64,000 nucleotides of DNA from Macrostomum lignano (Eukaryota). Position 1 is the stretch's first letter; each line of letters begins with the position of its first letter. The stretch is taken from positions 558,001-622,000 of the forward strand of contig NIVC01000353.1 of NCBI GenBank assembly GCA_002269645.1. Reading direction: 5' to 3'. The translations under genes and the position numbers were made by a program. Positions 35,411 to 49,650 of this stretch are shown piece by piece. The notes beneath the pieces are model-generated. The model saw only the letters and a list, made by a program, of their open reading frames with translations. It was not told where the DNA came from and ran no database searches.

Positions 35411-37144
35411 GGACTTTTAATCAAAATTGAACGCGAAAAGGTGTATAAACTATAGAGAGTAAACTTATACTCGAATATCGCTACATGAATTTGTGATAGC
35501 GTGCCAGCTAGATCTTACATTTGAAGAAGCTCTTCATCACTTATCTAATGTTACCGTGACCGCAAACCGATGTTTTGATATAATGATTTTGTGATACAGA
35601 GAAAAGATACAATTTAACCAGACAATTGACTGCTTTAGCTTCAGCTGCGTTCGTGTCTGTCTGGTCTAACTAAAACAAAATCTAAGCTAAATGCAGTATT
35701 GTAGAGATTCTTAAGATGCGAAGCCCCTCACCTGAGCATTGCTGATTAGGGATTAGACTGCATGTCAGGAAAAAGAATGCTCAAAACGAAAGGAGGTAAG
35801 GGTTAATTAAAAGCTAGTGCTTCCGCAGACTCAGGAAAATGGGGGTTCAAAGAAGCTTAAATACCCGAGCTCAGAATTCTTTGTCTTCTATAATTCTGTC
35901 AGTTCTTCAGCTCACGGCGCTCCCCTGCTGTGTCCTTGATATCCCAACCGCAGCGCAAAGTTCCTTTTCGAAAATCTATGAATGCAGACTTCTACACGAT
36001 CGAGCACTGAATGCAAGATTAGCGAAAGCCTGCACTTTAGGCCAATAAATAACCCCAGGTAAATCTCGATAAGATAGGATAACATGGCCGAAACCGAGGT
36101 AGAATTATTGCTCACAGGCTGACTTTAATTGTACAAAGAGAGCATGTCTATGGTCAAAACCCAGCTCTGGCTAACACTGTATGCTATGGGCTGTCTGAGA
36201 TTGGTTGTCTATGGCCAAGCCTCTTTCGGCGCACTGCGAAAATAGCAAATCTCTGCAAAATCCCTTTAGAAAACACAGCTGTATTTTGGTTGAGCCTCCA
36301 CAGTTTTAAAACTTTTTCTTCACAAGCTTGTAAAGTTTTGTCTATTCGTGCCTGTATAGCAAAATTTGCAAGATCTGCAAATGTACTCGTAGCGTTCCTT
36401 TTACTTGAAATGTCCATGTTGAACATGCAAAATCAGACTACTAAATATACAACTGCATTTTCGAGGACCCCACTAACGCAGTTATCAATATTCACTTAAA
36501 TTTTTTAGTCTAGTCCTCAAAATTGTTAAAGTACCTTATTTACATCCTTACTGTAGCCTCCCAGAATCCTGTCCCTCATCCATCTCATACAAATTGCTGG
36601 CATTGTTATTGACGCAAAATAGAATGCCTTTAAACAATAACAAAAACTACCCGGAGCAGCGACTGCAAGCTTATCTGCTTGATTTCACATGGTGGATGTG
36701 AAGTACGCCTGCTAGGCCGCCCTACTGTCTTTCAAGCCTTATTTTCGGAGCACATCAGATCAACTCCCCATAATTAGCTAGCTAGTGCATCTGCAGGCTC
36801 AGCGCTGCAGTGACGGATTCCTCAATGACGTCAGCAGCGAATAACTGGAATAAACATGCGCAAACTAAATGACCTCTCAGTGCAGTCCCCGCTTCTGTCT
36901 CTCGCCCTTTTCATTACGCACTGCAAATTAACGCAGCAAAGTTTTCTAAACAACACTCGACAGACGTCATCCCGAGTCAGAAATTTGCATTCGTGTATTT
37001 ATAGAAATACTTCTTGTTCAGCTTGTTGCACAGAGGCAGGTTGAGTTAGAAGTCGTCTTCTAGTGGAAGAAAGTCTTCTTTTGTAGATTAACGAAGCCAA
37101 GATTCAATGCGGATTCTGCTGAGATGCCAATTGAGTCAAAGATG

Positions 37145-38540
37145 AGTTGCTGAGATGCAATGGGGAGATTCTGAGATGCAATGGTGGAGATTCTGAGATG
37201 CAATGGTGGAGATTCTGGGATGCAATGCGGAATATCTGAGATGCCAATGGGGAGATTCTGAGATGCAATGGTGGAGATTCTGGGATGCAATGCGGAATAT
37301 CTGAGATGCCAATGGGGAGATTCTGAGATGCAATGGGGAGATTCTGAGATGCAATGGTGGAGATTCTGGGATGCAATGCGGAATATCTGAGATGCCAATG
37401 GGGAGATTCTGAGATGCAATGGGGAGATTCTGAGATGCAATGGTGGAGATTCTGGGATGCAATGCGGAATATCTGAGATGCCAATGGGGAGATTCTGAGA
37501 TGCAATGGGGAGATTCTGAGATGCAATGGGGAGATTCTGAGATGCAATGGTGGAGATTCTGGGATGCAATGCGGAATATCTGCGATGCCAATGGGGAGAT
37601 TCTGAGATGCAATGGGGAGATTCTGAGATGCAATGGTGGAGATTCTGGGATGCAATGCGGAATATCTGCGATGCCAATGGGGAGATTCTGAGATGCAATG
37701 GGGAGATTCTGAGATGCAATGGGGAGATTCTGAGATGCAATGGTGGAGATTCTGGGATGCAATGGGGAGATTCTGAGATGCAATGGTGGAGATTCTGGGA
37801 TGCAATGGGGAGATTCTGAGATGCAATGGTGGAGATTCTGGGATGCAATGCGGAATATCTGAGATGCCAATGGGGAGATTCTGAGATGCAATGGGGAGAT
37901 TCTGAGATGCAATGGTGGAGATTCTGGGATGCAATGCGGAATATCTGCGATGCCAATGGGGAGATTCTGAGATGCAATGGGGAGATTCTGAGATGCAATG
38001 GTGGAGATTCTGGGATGCAATGCGGAATATCTGAGATGCCAATGGGGAGATTCTGAGATGCAATGGGGAGATTCTGAGATGCAATGGTGGAGATTCTGGG
38101 ATGCAATGCGGAATATCTGAGATGCCAATGGGGAGATTCTGAGATGCAATGGGGAGATTCTGAGATGCAATGGGGAGATTCTGAGATGCAATGGTGGAGA
38201 TTCTGGGATGCAATGCGGAATATCTGCGATGCCAATGGGGAGATTCTGAGATGCAATGGGGAGATTCTGAGATGCAATGGGGAGATTCTGAGATGCAATG
38301 GTGGAGATTCTGGGATGCAATGGGGAGATTTTGAGATGCAATGGTGGAGATTCTGGGATGCAATGCGGAATATCTGCGATGCCAATGGGGAGATTCTGAG
38401 ATGCAATGGTGGAGATTCTGGGATGCAATGGTGGAGATTCTGAGATGCAATGGTGGAGATTCTGAGATGCAATGGTGGAGATTCTGGGATGCAATGCGGA
38501 ATATCTGCGATGCCAATGGGGAGATTCTGAGATGCCATGT
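37145..38540. repeat. Compound 21/22-bp minisatellite (GCAATGGGGAGATTCTGAGAT and variants)
   Basis: Read directly. It accounts for the repetitive ORFs at 37060-38613. Confidence 0.95.
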
Positions 38541-39365
38541 GGAGTTGCTGAGATGCCAATTGGCTCAATGGGGAGTTGCTGAGATGCCAATTGGCTCAAT
38601 GGGGAGTTGCTGAGATGCCAATTGGCTCACAATGGGGAGTTGCTGAGATGCCAATTGGCTCAATGGGGAGTTGCTGAGATGCCAATTGGCTCAATGGGGA
38701 GTTGCTGAGATGCCAATTGGCTCAATGGGGAGTTGCTGAGATGCCAATTGGCTCACAATGGGGAGTTGCTGAGATGCCAATTGGCTCAATGGGGAGTTGC
38801 TGAGATGCCAATTGGCTCAATGGGGAGTTGCTGAGATGCCAATTGGCTCACAATGGGGAGTTGCTGAGATGCCAATTGGCTCAATGGGGAGTTGCTGAGA
38901 TGCCAATTGGCTCAATGGGGAGTTGCTGAGATGCCAATTGGCTCAATGGGGAGTTGCTGAGATGCCAATTGGCTCACAATGGGGAGTTGCTGAGATGCCA
39001 ATTGGCTCAATGGGGAGTTGCTGAGATGCCAATTGGCTCACAATGGGGAGTTGCTGAGATGCCAATTGGCTCAATGGGGAGTTGCTGAGATGCCAATTGG
39101 CTCAATGGGGAGTTGCTGAGATGCCAATTGGCTCAATGGGGAGTTGCTGAGATGCCAATTGGCTCACAATGGGGAGTTGCTGAGATACCAATTGGCTCAA
39201 TGGGGAGTTGCTGAGATGCCAATTGGCTCTATGGGGAGTTGCTGAGATGCCAATTGGCTCACAATGGGGAGTTGCTGAGATGCCAATTGGCTCACAATGG
39301 GGAGTTGCTGAGATGCTAATTGGCTCAATGGGGAGTTGCTGAGATGCCAATTGGCTCTATGGGGA
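38541..39365. repeat. 31/33-bp minisatellite (GGGGAGTTGCTGAGATGCCAATTGGCTCAAT)
   Basis: Period 31, with CA-insertion variants. Confidence 0.95.
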
Positions 39366-40254
39366 GTGGTATTTTTGTTTGAAAAAACATTTCTTAGAAA
39401 CCCCGAATAGTAACTAAGCAAAACTGTTTTGTTGGTAAATTTTTTTTCCAAAGAGTTTTATTACTCTTTTATCTTTTGCCTACGCAATGGAGTGACTAAG
39501 ACTGCTAGGCTTTATCTGGGAAATACGTTATTGTTTGTCCTTTACACCTGAGCCCATCGTCCCCTAATGGTGCAGTAAGCCTTCGTCCTACACTCGTATA
39601 AATGTAACTCCGTTTAGCTCTTCGAGCTGCCAATCATCTTTCGAGTTGAGCAAACAGAGCGGCAACCATGAGAGTCTCAAGAGCCACCCCAGGCGGCTGT
39701 GAATGAGGCTCCAGTTCGAGGTACTTCAAGCCGGAGTTATATAGTTCGAGCAACGTATCCTCATTCTGTAGGCTAACATAGCCACTTTATTTCTTCATTG
39801 AATTAGGCCCCTCTATTCGCCTATCCTATATCGTTTGCAACTAAGAACAGTCTGAAGGCTCCCCGGAGACTCCGCCCACCCCCCTCATTCAGACTGAAGG
39901 TGCAGATCTACTTAATACTGATGCTGCTCTTAGAACCGATATTCCTGCTGCTCCATAGAGTTGTTAACGCTTGGTCAGTCTCTGCTCCCCATCGCACTAT
40001 TGGCCCACGGCACTAGAGGGGGGGGTTCCGTCTCTCTCCTACCTCAGCCTTCTCCCTTATGCTCTCATTTCGAATCTCCATCGTCTCAACTCATCTTTCT
40101 TCCCTTCCCCACTCACGCCGGCGCCTCATTAATCTGGGAATAAACCAACCAACCAACCAACTCCCACCTACATTCTCCATCTCTGCCCCCCTTCCCGAGT
40201 CACTCCGTAAAATTCCTCTGGGCAAAAAGTCTCACAAGAGTTAAGGCGCAGACT

Positions 40255-40256
40255 GG

Positions 40257-40341
<85 letters not shown>
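40255..40341. repeat. (AG)n microsatellite
   Basis: Read directly. Confidence 0.95.
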
Positions 40342-40345
<4 letters not shown>

Positions 40346-40474
40346 CGACCTCTTCAAGGTGTCGGTCAGGATATAAGCATATATCGAATTCTAAAGGGCT
40401 TTTCAATATCTATATAAGACCCAGTCTGCTGCACACTGCGACGCGACCACCTTCAGTGCTGACTGTACATTGTA

Positions 40475-40984
40475 ATGTCACGCGCATCCCGCAGGGCGAC
40501 GCCAACCGCTAGACGAGGTCGTCAACAAACGGCTCTATTGCAAAAATTTTGCTGCTGCTGCTGTTGCACCGGCGCCGCCAAGGATGACGTCATAGACAAA
40601 GACCTAACGAGACACGACGACGAAGACTCGGACGACGAAGCTCCAGCGGATTCAAGGTCGCCAGCCAGGCTGCTGCCGCGCAAGTTTCGGGCTGCCAGCG
40701 CCGACAACTTGGAGCTTCGCCCGTTGAGATCCGAGAAGTCGGTGACATTCGTGACGGCTTCAACCGCACCTGGCGACAGCAGCTCCGACAGCAGCTCCAA
40801 ACGGAGGCGAGTTCTGATCGCCTTCAAGACCGTGTGCGACAAGACAACGAGCACGTCGGCTGTTAGTCCCGGCGGTTCCAGCGCCGACCATGCGGGACAG
40901 AGGGCGCCGAGTCCTGCTAGGGAAGGAGGCGGCGGCGCCAAGGTTGCGCCCGCGGGATCGCATGGACCAACCGGAGGTGGAAGG
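40475..40984 (+). CDS. Candidate first coding exon of an unidentified gene (Cys-string, acidic patch, KSVTF motif)
   Basis: GC-rich non-repetitive open frame from ATG 40475 containing LLQKFCCCCCCTG, DDEDSDDE and SEKSVTFV. Ends at the donor AGG|GTGAGA (phase 0). No family recognised. Confidence 0.45.
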
Positions 40985-41065
40985 GTGAGACTCATTGAAG
41001 GGTGAGACTCATTAAAGGGTGAGGCTCATTGATAGGTGAGGGATTTCGATTGAGACGCGAATCAG

Positions 41066-44000
41066 CTAGAGATGACAGGTGAGACATCTGATAGAGATGA
41101 CAGGTAAGAGATCTGATAGAGATTAAGATTACAGGTGAGAGATCTGATAGAGATTAGGATTAGAGGTGAGAGATCTGATAGAGACGTCAGGTGAGAGATC
41201 TGATAGAGATGTCAGGTGAGAGATTTGATAGAGATTAAGATTACAGGTGAGAGATCTAATAGAGATGTCAGGTGAGAGATTTGATAGAGATGTCAGGTGA
41301 GAGATCTGATAGAGATTAGGATTAGAGGTGAGAGATCTGATAGAGACGTCAGGTGAGAGATCTGAAAGAGATTAGGATTAGAGGTGAGAGATCTGATAGA
41401 GACGTCAGGTGAGAGATCTGATAGAGACGTCAGGTGAGAGATCTGATAGAGACGTCAGGTGAGAGATCTGATAGAGATGTCAGGTGAGAGATCTGATAGA
41501 GATGTCAGGTGAGAGATCTAATAGAGATGTCAGGTGAGAGATTTGATAGAGATGTCAGGTGAGAGATTTGATAGAGATTAAGATTACAGGTGAGAGATCT
41601 AATAGAGATGTCAGGTGAGAGATCTGATAGAGATGTCAGGTGAGAGATTTGATAGAGATGTCAGGTGAGAGATCTGATAGAGATGTCAGGTGAGAGATTT
41701 GATAGAGATGTCAGGTGAGAGATCTGATAGAGATGTCAGGTGAGAGATCTGATAGAGATGTCAGGTGAGAGATTTGATAGAGATGTCAGGTGAGAGATCT
41801 GATAGAGATGTCAGGTGAGAGATCTGATAGAGATGTCAGGTGAGAGATCTGATAGAGATGTCAGGTGAGAGATTTGATAGAGATGTCAGGTGAGAGATCT
41901 GATAGAGATGTCAGGTGAGAGATTTGATAGAGATTAAGATTACAGGTGAGAGATCTAATAGAGATGTCAGGTGAGAGATTTGATAGAGATGTCAGGTGAG
42001 AGATTTGATAGAGATGTCAGGTGAGAGATCTGATAGAGATGTCAGGTGAGAGATCTGATAGAGATGTCAGGTGAGAGATTTGATAGAGATGTCAGGTGAG
42101 AGATCTGATAGAGATGTCAGGTGAGAGATCTGATAGAGATGTCAGGTGAGAGATCTGATAGAGATGTCAGGTGAGAGATTTAATAGAGATTAAGATTACA
42201 GGTGAGAGATCTAATAGAGATGTCAGGTGAGAGATCTGATAGAGACGTCAGGTGAGAGATCTGATAGAGATTAAGATTACAGGTGAGAGATCTAATAGAG
42301 ATGTCAGGTGAGAGATCTGATAGAGATGTCAGGTGAGAGATCTGATAGAGATGTCAGGTGAGAGATCTGATAGAGATGTCAGGTGAGAGATCTGATAGAG
42401 ACGTCAGGTGAGAGATTTGATAGAGATGTCAGGTGAGAGATTTGATAGAGACGTCAGGTGAGAGATCTAATAGAGATGTCAGGTGAGAGATTTGATATAG
42501 ATTAAGATTACAGGTGAGAGATCTAATAGAGATGTCAGGTGAGAGATCTGATAGAGATGTCAGGTGAGAGATCTGATAGAGATGTCAGGTGAGAGATCTA
42601 ATAGAGATGTCAGGTGAGAGATCTGATAGAGATGTCAGGTGAGAGATCTGAAAGAGATGTCAGGTGAGAGATTTGATAGAGATTAAGATTACAGGTGAGA
42701 GATCTGATAGAGATGTCAGGTGAGAGATCTGATAGAGATGTCAGGTGAGAGATTTGATAGAGATGTCAGGTGAGAGACCTGATAGAGATGTCAGGTGAGA
42801 GATTTGATAGAGATTAAGATTACAGGTGAGAGATCTGATAGAGACGTCAGGTGAGAGACCTGATAGAGATGTCAGGTGAGAGATTTGATAGAGATTAAGA
42901 TTACAGGTGAGAGATCTGATAGAGATTAGGATTAGAGGTGAGAGATCTGATAGAGACGTCAGGTGAGAGACCTGATAGAGATGTCAGGTGAGAGATTTGA
43001 TAGAGATGTCAGGTGAGAGATCTGATAGAGATGTCAGGTGAGAGATTTGATAGAGATTAAGATTACAGGTGAGAGATCTAATAGAGATGTCAGGTGAGAG
43101 ATCTGATAGAGATGTCAGGTGAGAGATTTGATAGAGATTAAGATTACAGGTGAGAGATCTAATAGAGATGTCAGGTGAGAGATTTGATAGAGATTAGGAT
43201 TAGAGGTGAGAGATCTGATAGAGACGTCAGGTGAGAGACCTGATAGAGATGTCAGGTGAGAGATTTGATAGAGATTAAGATTACAGGTGAGAGATCTAAT
43301 AGAGATGTCAGGTGAGAGATTTGATAGAGATTAGGATTAGAGGTGAGAGATCTGATAGAGACGTCAGGTGAGAGACCTGATAGAGATGTCAGGTGAGAGA
43401 TTTGATAGAGATTAAAATTACAGGTGAGAGATCTGATAGAGATTAGGATTAGAGGTGAGAGATTTGATAGAGACGTCAGGTGAGAGATTTGATAGAGATG
43501 TCAGGTGAGAGATCTGATAGAGATGTCAGGTGAGAGATTTGATAGAGATTAGGATTAGAGGTGAGAGATCTGATAGAGACGTCAGGTGAGAGATTTGATA
43601 GAGATTAGGATTAGAGGTGAGAGATTTGATAGAGACGTCAGGTGAGAGATTTGATAGAGACGTCAGGTGAGAGATTTGATAGAGACGTCAGGTGAGAGAC
43701 CTGATAGAGATGTCAGGTGAGAGATCTAATAGAGATGTCAGGTGAGAGATCTGATAGAGATGTCAGGTGAGAGATCTGATAGAGATGTCAGGTGAGAGAT
43801 TTGATAGAGATTAAGATTACAGGTGAGAGATCTAATAGAGATGTCAGGTGAGAGATCTAATAGAGATGTCAGGTGAGAGATCTAATAGAGATGTCAGGTG
43901 AGAGATCTGATAGAGATGTCAGGTGAGAGATCTAATAGAGATGTCAGGTGAGAGATCTGATAGAGATGTCAGGTGAGAGATCTGATAGAGATGTCAGGTG

Positions 44001-46095
44001 AGAGATCTGATAGAGATGTCAGGTGAGAGATTTGATAGAGATTAAGATTACAGGTGAGAGATCTAATAGAGATGTCAGGTGAGAGACCTGATAGAGATGT
44101 CAGGTGAGAGATTTGATAGAGATTAAGATTACAGGTGAGAGATCTAATAGAGATGTCAGGTGAGAGATCTAATAGAGATGTCAGGTGAGAGATCTAATAG
44201 AGATGTCAGGTGAGAGATCTAATAGAGATGTCAGGTGAGAGATCTGATAGAGATGTCAGGTGAGAGATCTGATAGAGATGTCAGGTGAGAGATCTGATAG
44301 AGATGTCAGGTGAGAGATCTGATAGAGATTAAGATTACAGGTGAGAGATCTAATAGAGATGTCAGGTGAGAGATTTGATAGAGATTAGGATTAGAGGTGA
44401 GAGATCTGATAGAGACGTCAGGTGAGAGACCTGATAGAGATGTCAGGTGAGAGATTTGATAGAGATTAAGATTACAGGTGAGAGATCTAATAGAGATGTC
44501 AGGTGAGAGATTTGATAGAGATTAGGATTAGAGGTGAGAGATCTGATAGAGACGTCAGGTGAGAGACCTGATAGAGATGTCAGGTGAGAGATTTGATAGA
44601 GATTAAGATTACAGGTGAGAGATCTAATAGAGATGTCAGGTGAGAGATTTGATAGAGATTAGGATTAGAGGTGAGAGATCTGATAGAGACGTCAGGTGAG
44701 AGACCTGATAGAGATGTCAGGTGAGAGATTTGATAGAGATTAAAATTACAGGTGAGAGATCTGATAGAGATTAGGATTAGAGGTGAGAGATTTGATAGAG
44801 ACGTCAGGTGAGAGATTTGATAGAGATGTCAGGTGAGAGATCTGATAGAGATGTCAGGTGAGAGATTTGATAGAGATTAGGATTAGAGGTGAGAGATCTG
44901 ATAGAGACGTCAGGTGAGAGATTTGATAGAGATTAGGATTAGAGGTGAGAGATTTGATAGAGACGTCAGGTGAGAGATTTGATAGAGACGTCAGGTGAGA
45001 GATTTGATAGAGACGTCAGGTGAGAGACCTGATAGAGATGTCAGGTGAGAGATCTAATAGAGATGTCAGGTGAGAGATCTGATAGAGATGTCAGGTGAGA
45101 GATCTGATAGAGATGTCAGGTGAGAGATTTGATAGAGATTAAGATTACAGGTGAGAGATCTAATAGAGATGTCAGGTGAGAGATCTAATAGAGATGTCAG
45201 GTGAGAGATCTAATAGAGATGTCAGGTGAGAGATCTGATAGAGATGTCAGGTGAGAGATCTGATAGAGATGTCAGGTGAGAGATCTGATAGAGATGTCAG
45301 GTGAGAGATTTGATAGAGATTAAGATTACAGGTGAGAGATCTAATAGAGATGTCAGGTGAGAGACCTGATAGAGATGTCAGGTGAGAGATTTGATAGAGA
45401 TTAAGATTACAGGTGAGAGATCTAATAGAGATGTCAGGTGAGAGATCTAATAGAGATGTCAGGTGAGAGATCTAATAGAGATGTCAGGTGAGAGATCTAA
45501 TAGAGATGTCAGGTGAGAGATCTGATAGAGATGTCAGGTGAGAGATCTGATAGAGATGTCAGGTGAGAGATCTGATAGAGATGTCAGGTGAGAGATCTGA
45601 TAGAGATGTCAGGTGAGAGATCTGATAGAGATTAAGATTACAGGTGAGAGATCTGATAGAGATGTCAGGTGAGAGATCTGATAGAGATGTCAGGTGAGAG
45701 ATCTGATAGAGATGTCAGGTGAGAGATCTAATAGAGATGTCAGGTGAGAGATCTGATAGAGATGTCAGGTGAGAGATCTGATAGAGATTAAGATTACAGG
45801 TGAGAGATCTGATAGAGATGTCAGGTGAGAGATCTGATAGAGATGTCAGGTGAGAGATCTGATAGAGATGTCAGGTGAGAGATCTAATAGAGATGTCAGG
45901 TGAGAGATCTGATAGAGATGTCAGGTGAGAGATCTGATAGAGATTAAGATTACAGGTGAGAGATCTGATAGAGATGTCAGGTGAGAGATCTGATAGAGAT
46001 GTCAGGTGAGAGATCTGATAGAGATGACAGGTAAGAGAGATCTGATAGAGATTAAGATCACAGGTGAGAGATCTGATAGAGATGTCAGGTGAGAT
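41066..46095. repeat. ~5-kb satellite of 25-bp (GTCAGGTGAGAGATCTGATAGAGAT) and 31-bp variant units
   Basis: Read directly. Confidence 0.97.
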
Positions 46096-46649
46096 TGGAG
46101 AGGCAGTTAAAATTGTATAGCAATTAAAATGATTGCTTTCCAACTGATTGTGTTGGAAATTTATATTTTCCAATATTATTCATTATTCATTTGCAAAATT
46201 TCTCAATAATTTTATATGGCCAACAATAAAACTCAGTTGTATTGGTCAGCCCGATATTCTCGTGTATCTGTATAGAGAAAAGAGACCAAGCAGATTTAGG
46301 TCCCTGAGGCAGATAGATTGCTATATTGATTTGGGAAGTGAAGGATCAGGGAGGCTGGTCAACTTAAAGGGGGAATGGTCACGCACACGCAACATCATCT
46401 GTCACTTAGCCCCCACCCAGCCCCACAGTCCCTTCATCTCTAAGGCCCTCCCCTCATAACCGCCACTCATATTTTAATTCTAGAAAAATATTCCCAACAA
46501 AGCTGACAGAGTGAAGAAGAGAAGAGACTGATGAGTCCTGCTTCTTCTAGGGAAGAGGTTGCTTGGGTCTTTCGCTATAGTCTGTCTCTCGGGTCTCTTC
46601 CTGCCTTCTTCTCATCATCTTTCACTTTATCTGGCTGAATTATATTGCT

Positions 46650-47425
46650 AGCTAGTGTTAGCTAGTGTCTGTCTGTGTTAGCTAGTGTCTGCCTGTGTTA
46701 GCTAGTGTCTGCCTGTGTCAGCTAGTGTCTGCCTGTGTCAGCTAGTGTCTGCCTGTGTTAGCTAGTGTCTGCCTGTGTTAGCTAGTGTCTGCCTGTGTTA
46801 GCTAGTGTCTGCCTGTGTTAGCTAGTGTCTGCCTGTGTCAGCTAGTGTCTGCCTGTGTCAGCTAGTGTCTGTCTGTGTCAGCTAGTGTCTGTCTGTGTCA
46901 GCTAGTGTCTGCCTGTGTGTCTGCCTGTGTCAGCTAGTGTCTGCCTGTGTTAGCTAGTGTCTGCCTGTGTTAGCTAGTGTCTGCCTGTGTGTCTGCCTGT
47001 GTCAGCTAGTGTCTGCCTGTGTTAGCTAGTGTCTGCCTGTGTTAGCTAGTGTCTGCCTGTGTCAGCTAGTGTCTGCCTGTGTCAGCTAGTGTCTGCCTGT
47101 GTCAGCTATTGTCTGCCTGTGTTAGCTAGTGTCTGCCTGTGTTAGCTAGTGTCTGCCTGTGTCAGCTAGTGTCTGCCTGTGTCAGCTAGTGTCTGTCTGT
47201 GTCAGCTAGTGTCTGCCTGTGTCAGCTAGTGTCTGCCTGTGTCAGCTAGTGTCTGCCTGTGTCAGCTAGTGTCTGCCTGTGTCAGCTAGTGTCTGTCTGT
47301 GTCAGCTAGTGTCTGCCTGTGTGTCTGCCTGTGTCAGCTAGTGTCTGCCTGTGTTAGCTAGTGTCTGCCTGTGTTAGCTAGTGTCTGCCTGTGTCAGCTA
47401 GTGTCTGCCTGTGTCAGCTAGTGTC
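46650..47425. repeat. 20-bp minisatellite (AGCTAGTGTCTGCCTGTGTY)
   Basis: Read directly. Confidence 0.95.
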
Positions 47426-47949
47426 CTTTTCTGTACCGCAGTCAGTGCCATTTTGAAATTTATTTACCAATCTTAGAATTCAAACTTATCGGAAATCAGA
47501 AAAAACTACTTTAAGTAAACTATCTAGCTTTTAGTAGTGCAAGGGGAAATTTTGTTATCAAGCAAAAAGTTGGGAATAAAATATAGAAACTTGTTACCAA
47601 GGTGCACCCAATCGACCCCTGCTCAAGTCCAAAGCAGAAATGTTATAATAACGAAGTGAGTTAGGGAGGCACTGCTCACTAACTGCTCCATGAATGTACG
47701 TATCCGTGCTGGTTGGGCAGTGAATAAACCTGGATGCAATTTTCTCTGGGAAACTTAATAATTTCTTGCAATTGAGGCAGCAAAGAGGCACTGATTTTTT
47801 GCTACTTATTTAGAGAAAATTGCTACAGCTCAAGATTCCAGGGAAGCCAATCTTGAGGGCTTCGAGTCAGGATTAAATGTGTGGGATTGTACTTTTCGAT
47901 ATCGGTTCATGTGCTAAGTTTGCTTGGTAAAATTATGTTTCCAGTTTGC

Positions 47950-49650
47950 TTCTGTTCTGTATCCGTTCTGTTTCTGTTCTTTTTCTGTTCTGTTTCTGTT
48001 CTGTTTCTGTTCTGTTTCTGTTCTGTTTCTGTTCTGTTTCTGTTCTGTTTCTGTTCTGTTTCTGTTCTGTTTCTGTTTCTGTTTCTGTTCTGTTTCTGTT
48101 TCTGTTTCTGTTTCTGTTCTGTTTCTGTTCTGTTTCTGTTCTGTTTCTGTTCTGTTTCTGTTCTGTTTCTGTTCTGTTTCTGTTCTGTTTCTGTTCTATT
48201 TCTGTTTCTGTACTATTTCTGTTTCTGTTTCTGTTTCTGTTCTGTTTCTGTTCTGTTTCTGTTTCTGTTCTGTTTCTGTTTCTGTTCTATTTCTGTTCCG
48301 TTTCTGTTCTGTTTCTGTTTCTGTTTCTGTTCTGTTTCTGTTCTGTTTCTGTTTCTGTTCTGTTTCTGTTCTGTTTCTGTTCTGTTTCTGTTTCTGTTCT
48401 GTTTCTGTTCTGTTTCTGTTCTGTTTCTGTTCTGTTTCTGTTTCTGTTCTGTTTCTGTTTCTGTTCTGTTTCTGTTTCTGTTCTGTTTCTGTTTCTGTTC
48501 TGTTTCTGTTCTGTTTCTGTTCTGTTTCTGTTCTGTTTCTGTTCTGTTTCTGTTTCTGTTCTGTTTCTGTTCTGTTTCTGTCCTGTTTCTGTTCTGTTTC
48601 TGTTCTGTTTCTGTTCTGTTTCTGTTCTGTTTCTGTTCTGTTTCTGTTCTGTTTCTGTTTCTGTTCTGTTTCTGTTTCTGTTCTGTTTCTGTTTTTGTTC
48701 TGTTACTGTTTCTGTTTCCGTTCTGTTTCTGTTCTGTTTCTGTTTCTGTTCTGTTCTGTTTCTGTTCTGTTTCTGTTCTGTTTCTGTTCTATTTCTGTTC
48801 TGTTTCTGTTTCTGTTCTGTTTCTGTTCTATTTCTGTTCTGTTTCTGTTTCTGTTCTGTTTCTGTTCTGTTTCTGTTTCTGTTCTGTTTCTGTTCTGTTT
48901 CTGTTCTGTTTCTGTCCTGTTTCTGTTCTGTTTCTGTTCTGTTTCTGTTTCTGTTCTGTTTCTGTTCTGTTTCTGTTCTGTTTCTGTTCTGTTTCTGTTC
49001 TGTTTCTGTTTCTGTACTATTTCTGTTTCTGTTCTGTTTCTGTTCTGTTTCTGTTTCTGTTCTGTTTCTGTTCTGTTTCTGTTCTGTTTCTGTTTCTGTT
49101 CTGTTTCTGTTCTGTTTCTGTTCTGTTTCTGTTCTATTTCTGTTCCGTTTCTGTTCTGTTTCTGTTCTGTTTCTGTTCTGTTTCTGTTCTGTTTCTGTTC
49201 TGTTTCTGTTCTGTTTCTGTTTCTGTACTATTTCTGTTTCTGTTCTGTTTCTGTTCTGTTTCTGTTTCTGTTCTGTTTCTGTTCTGTTTCTGTTCTGTTT
49301 CTGTTTCTGTTCTGTTTCTGTTCTGTTTCTGTTCTGTTTCTGTTCTGTTTCTGTTCTGTTTCTGTTCTGTTTCTGTTCTGTTTCTGTTCTGTTTCTGTTC
49401 TGTTTCTGTTCTGTTTCTGTTCTGTTTCTGTTCTGTTTCTGTCCTGTTTCTGTTCTGTTTCTGTTTCTGTTTCTGTTCTGTTTCTGTTTCTGTACTATTT
49501 CTGTTTCTGTTCTGTTTCTGTTCTGTTTCTGTTTCTGTTCTGTTTCTGTTCTGTTTCTGTTCTGTTTCTGTTCTGTTTCTGTCCTGTTTCTGTTCTGTTT
49601 CTGTTCTGTTTCTGTCCTGTTTCTGTTCTGTTCCTGTTCTGTTTCTCTTT
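47950..49650. repeat. (CTGTT/CTGTTT)n simple satellite
   Basis: Read directly. It accounts for the ~600-aa FC/VS ORFs. Confidence 0.97.
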
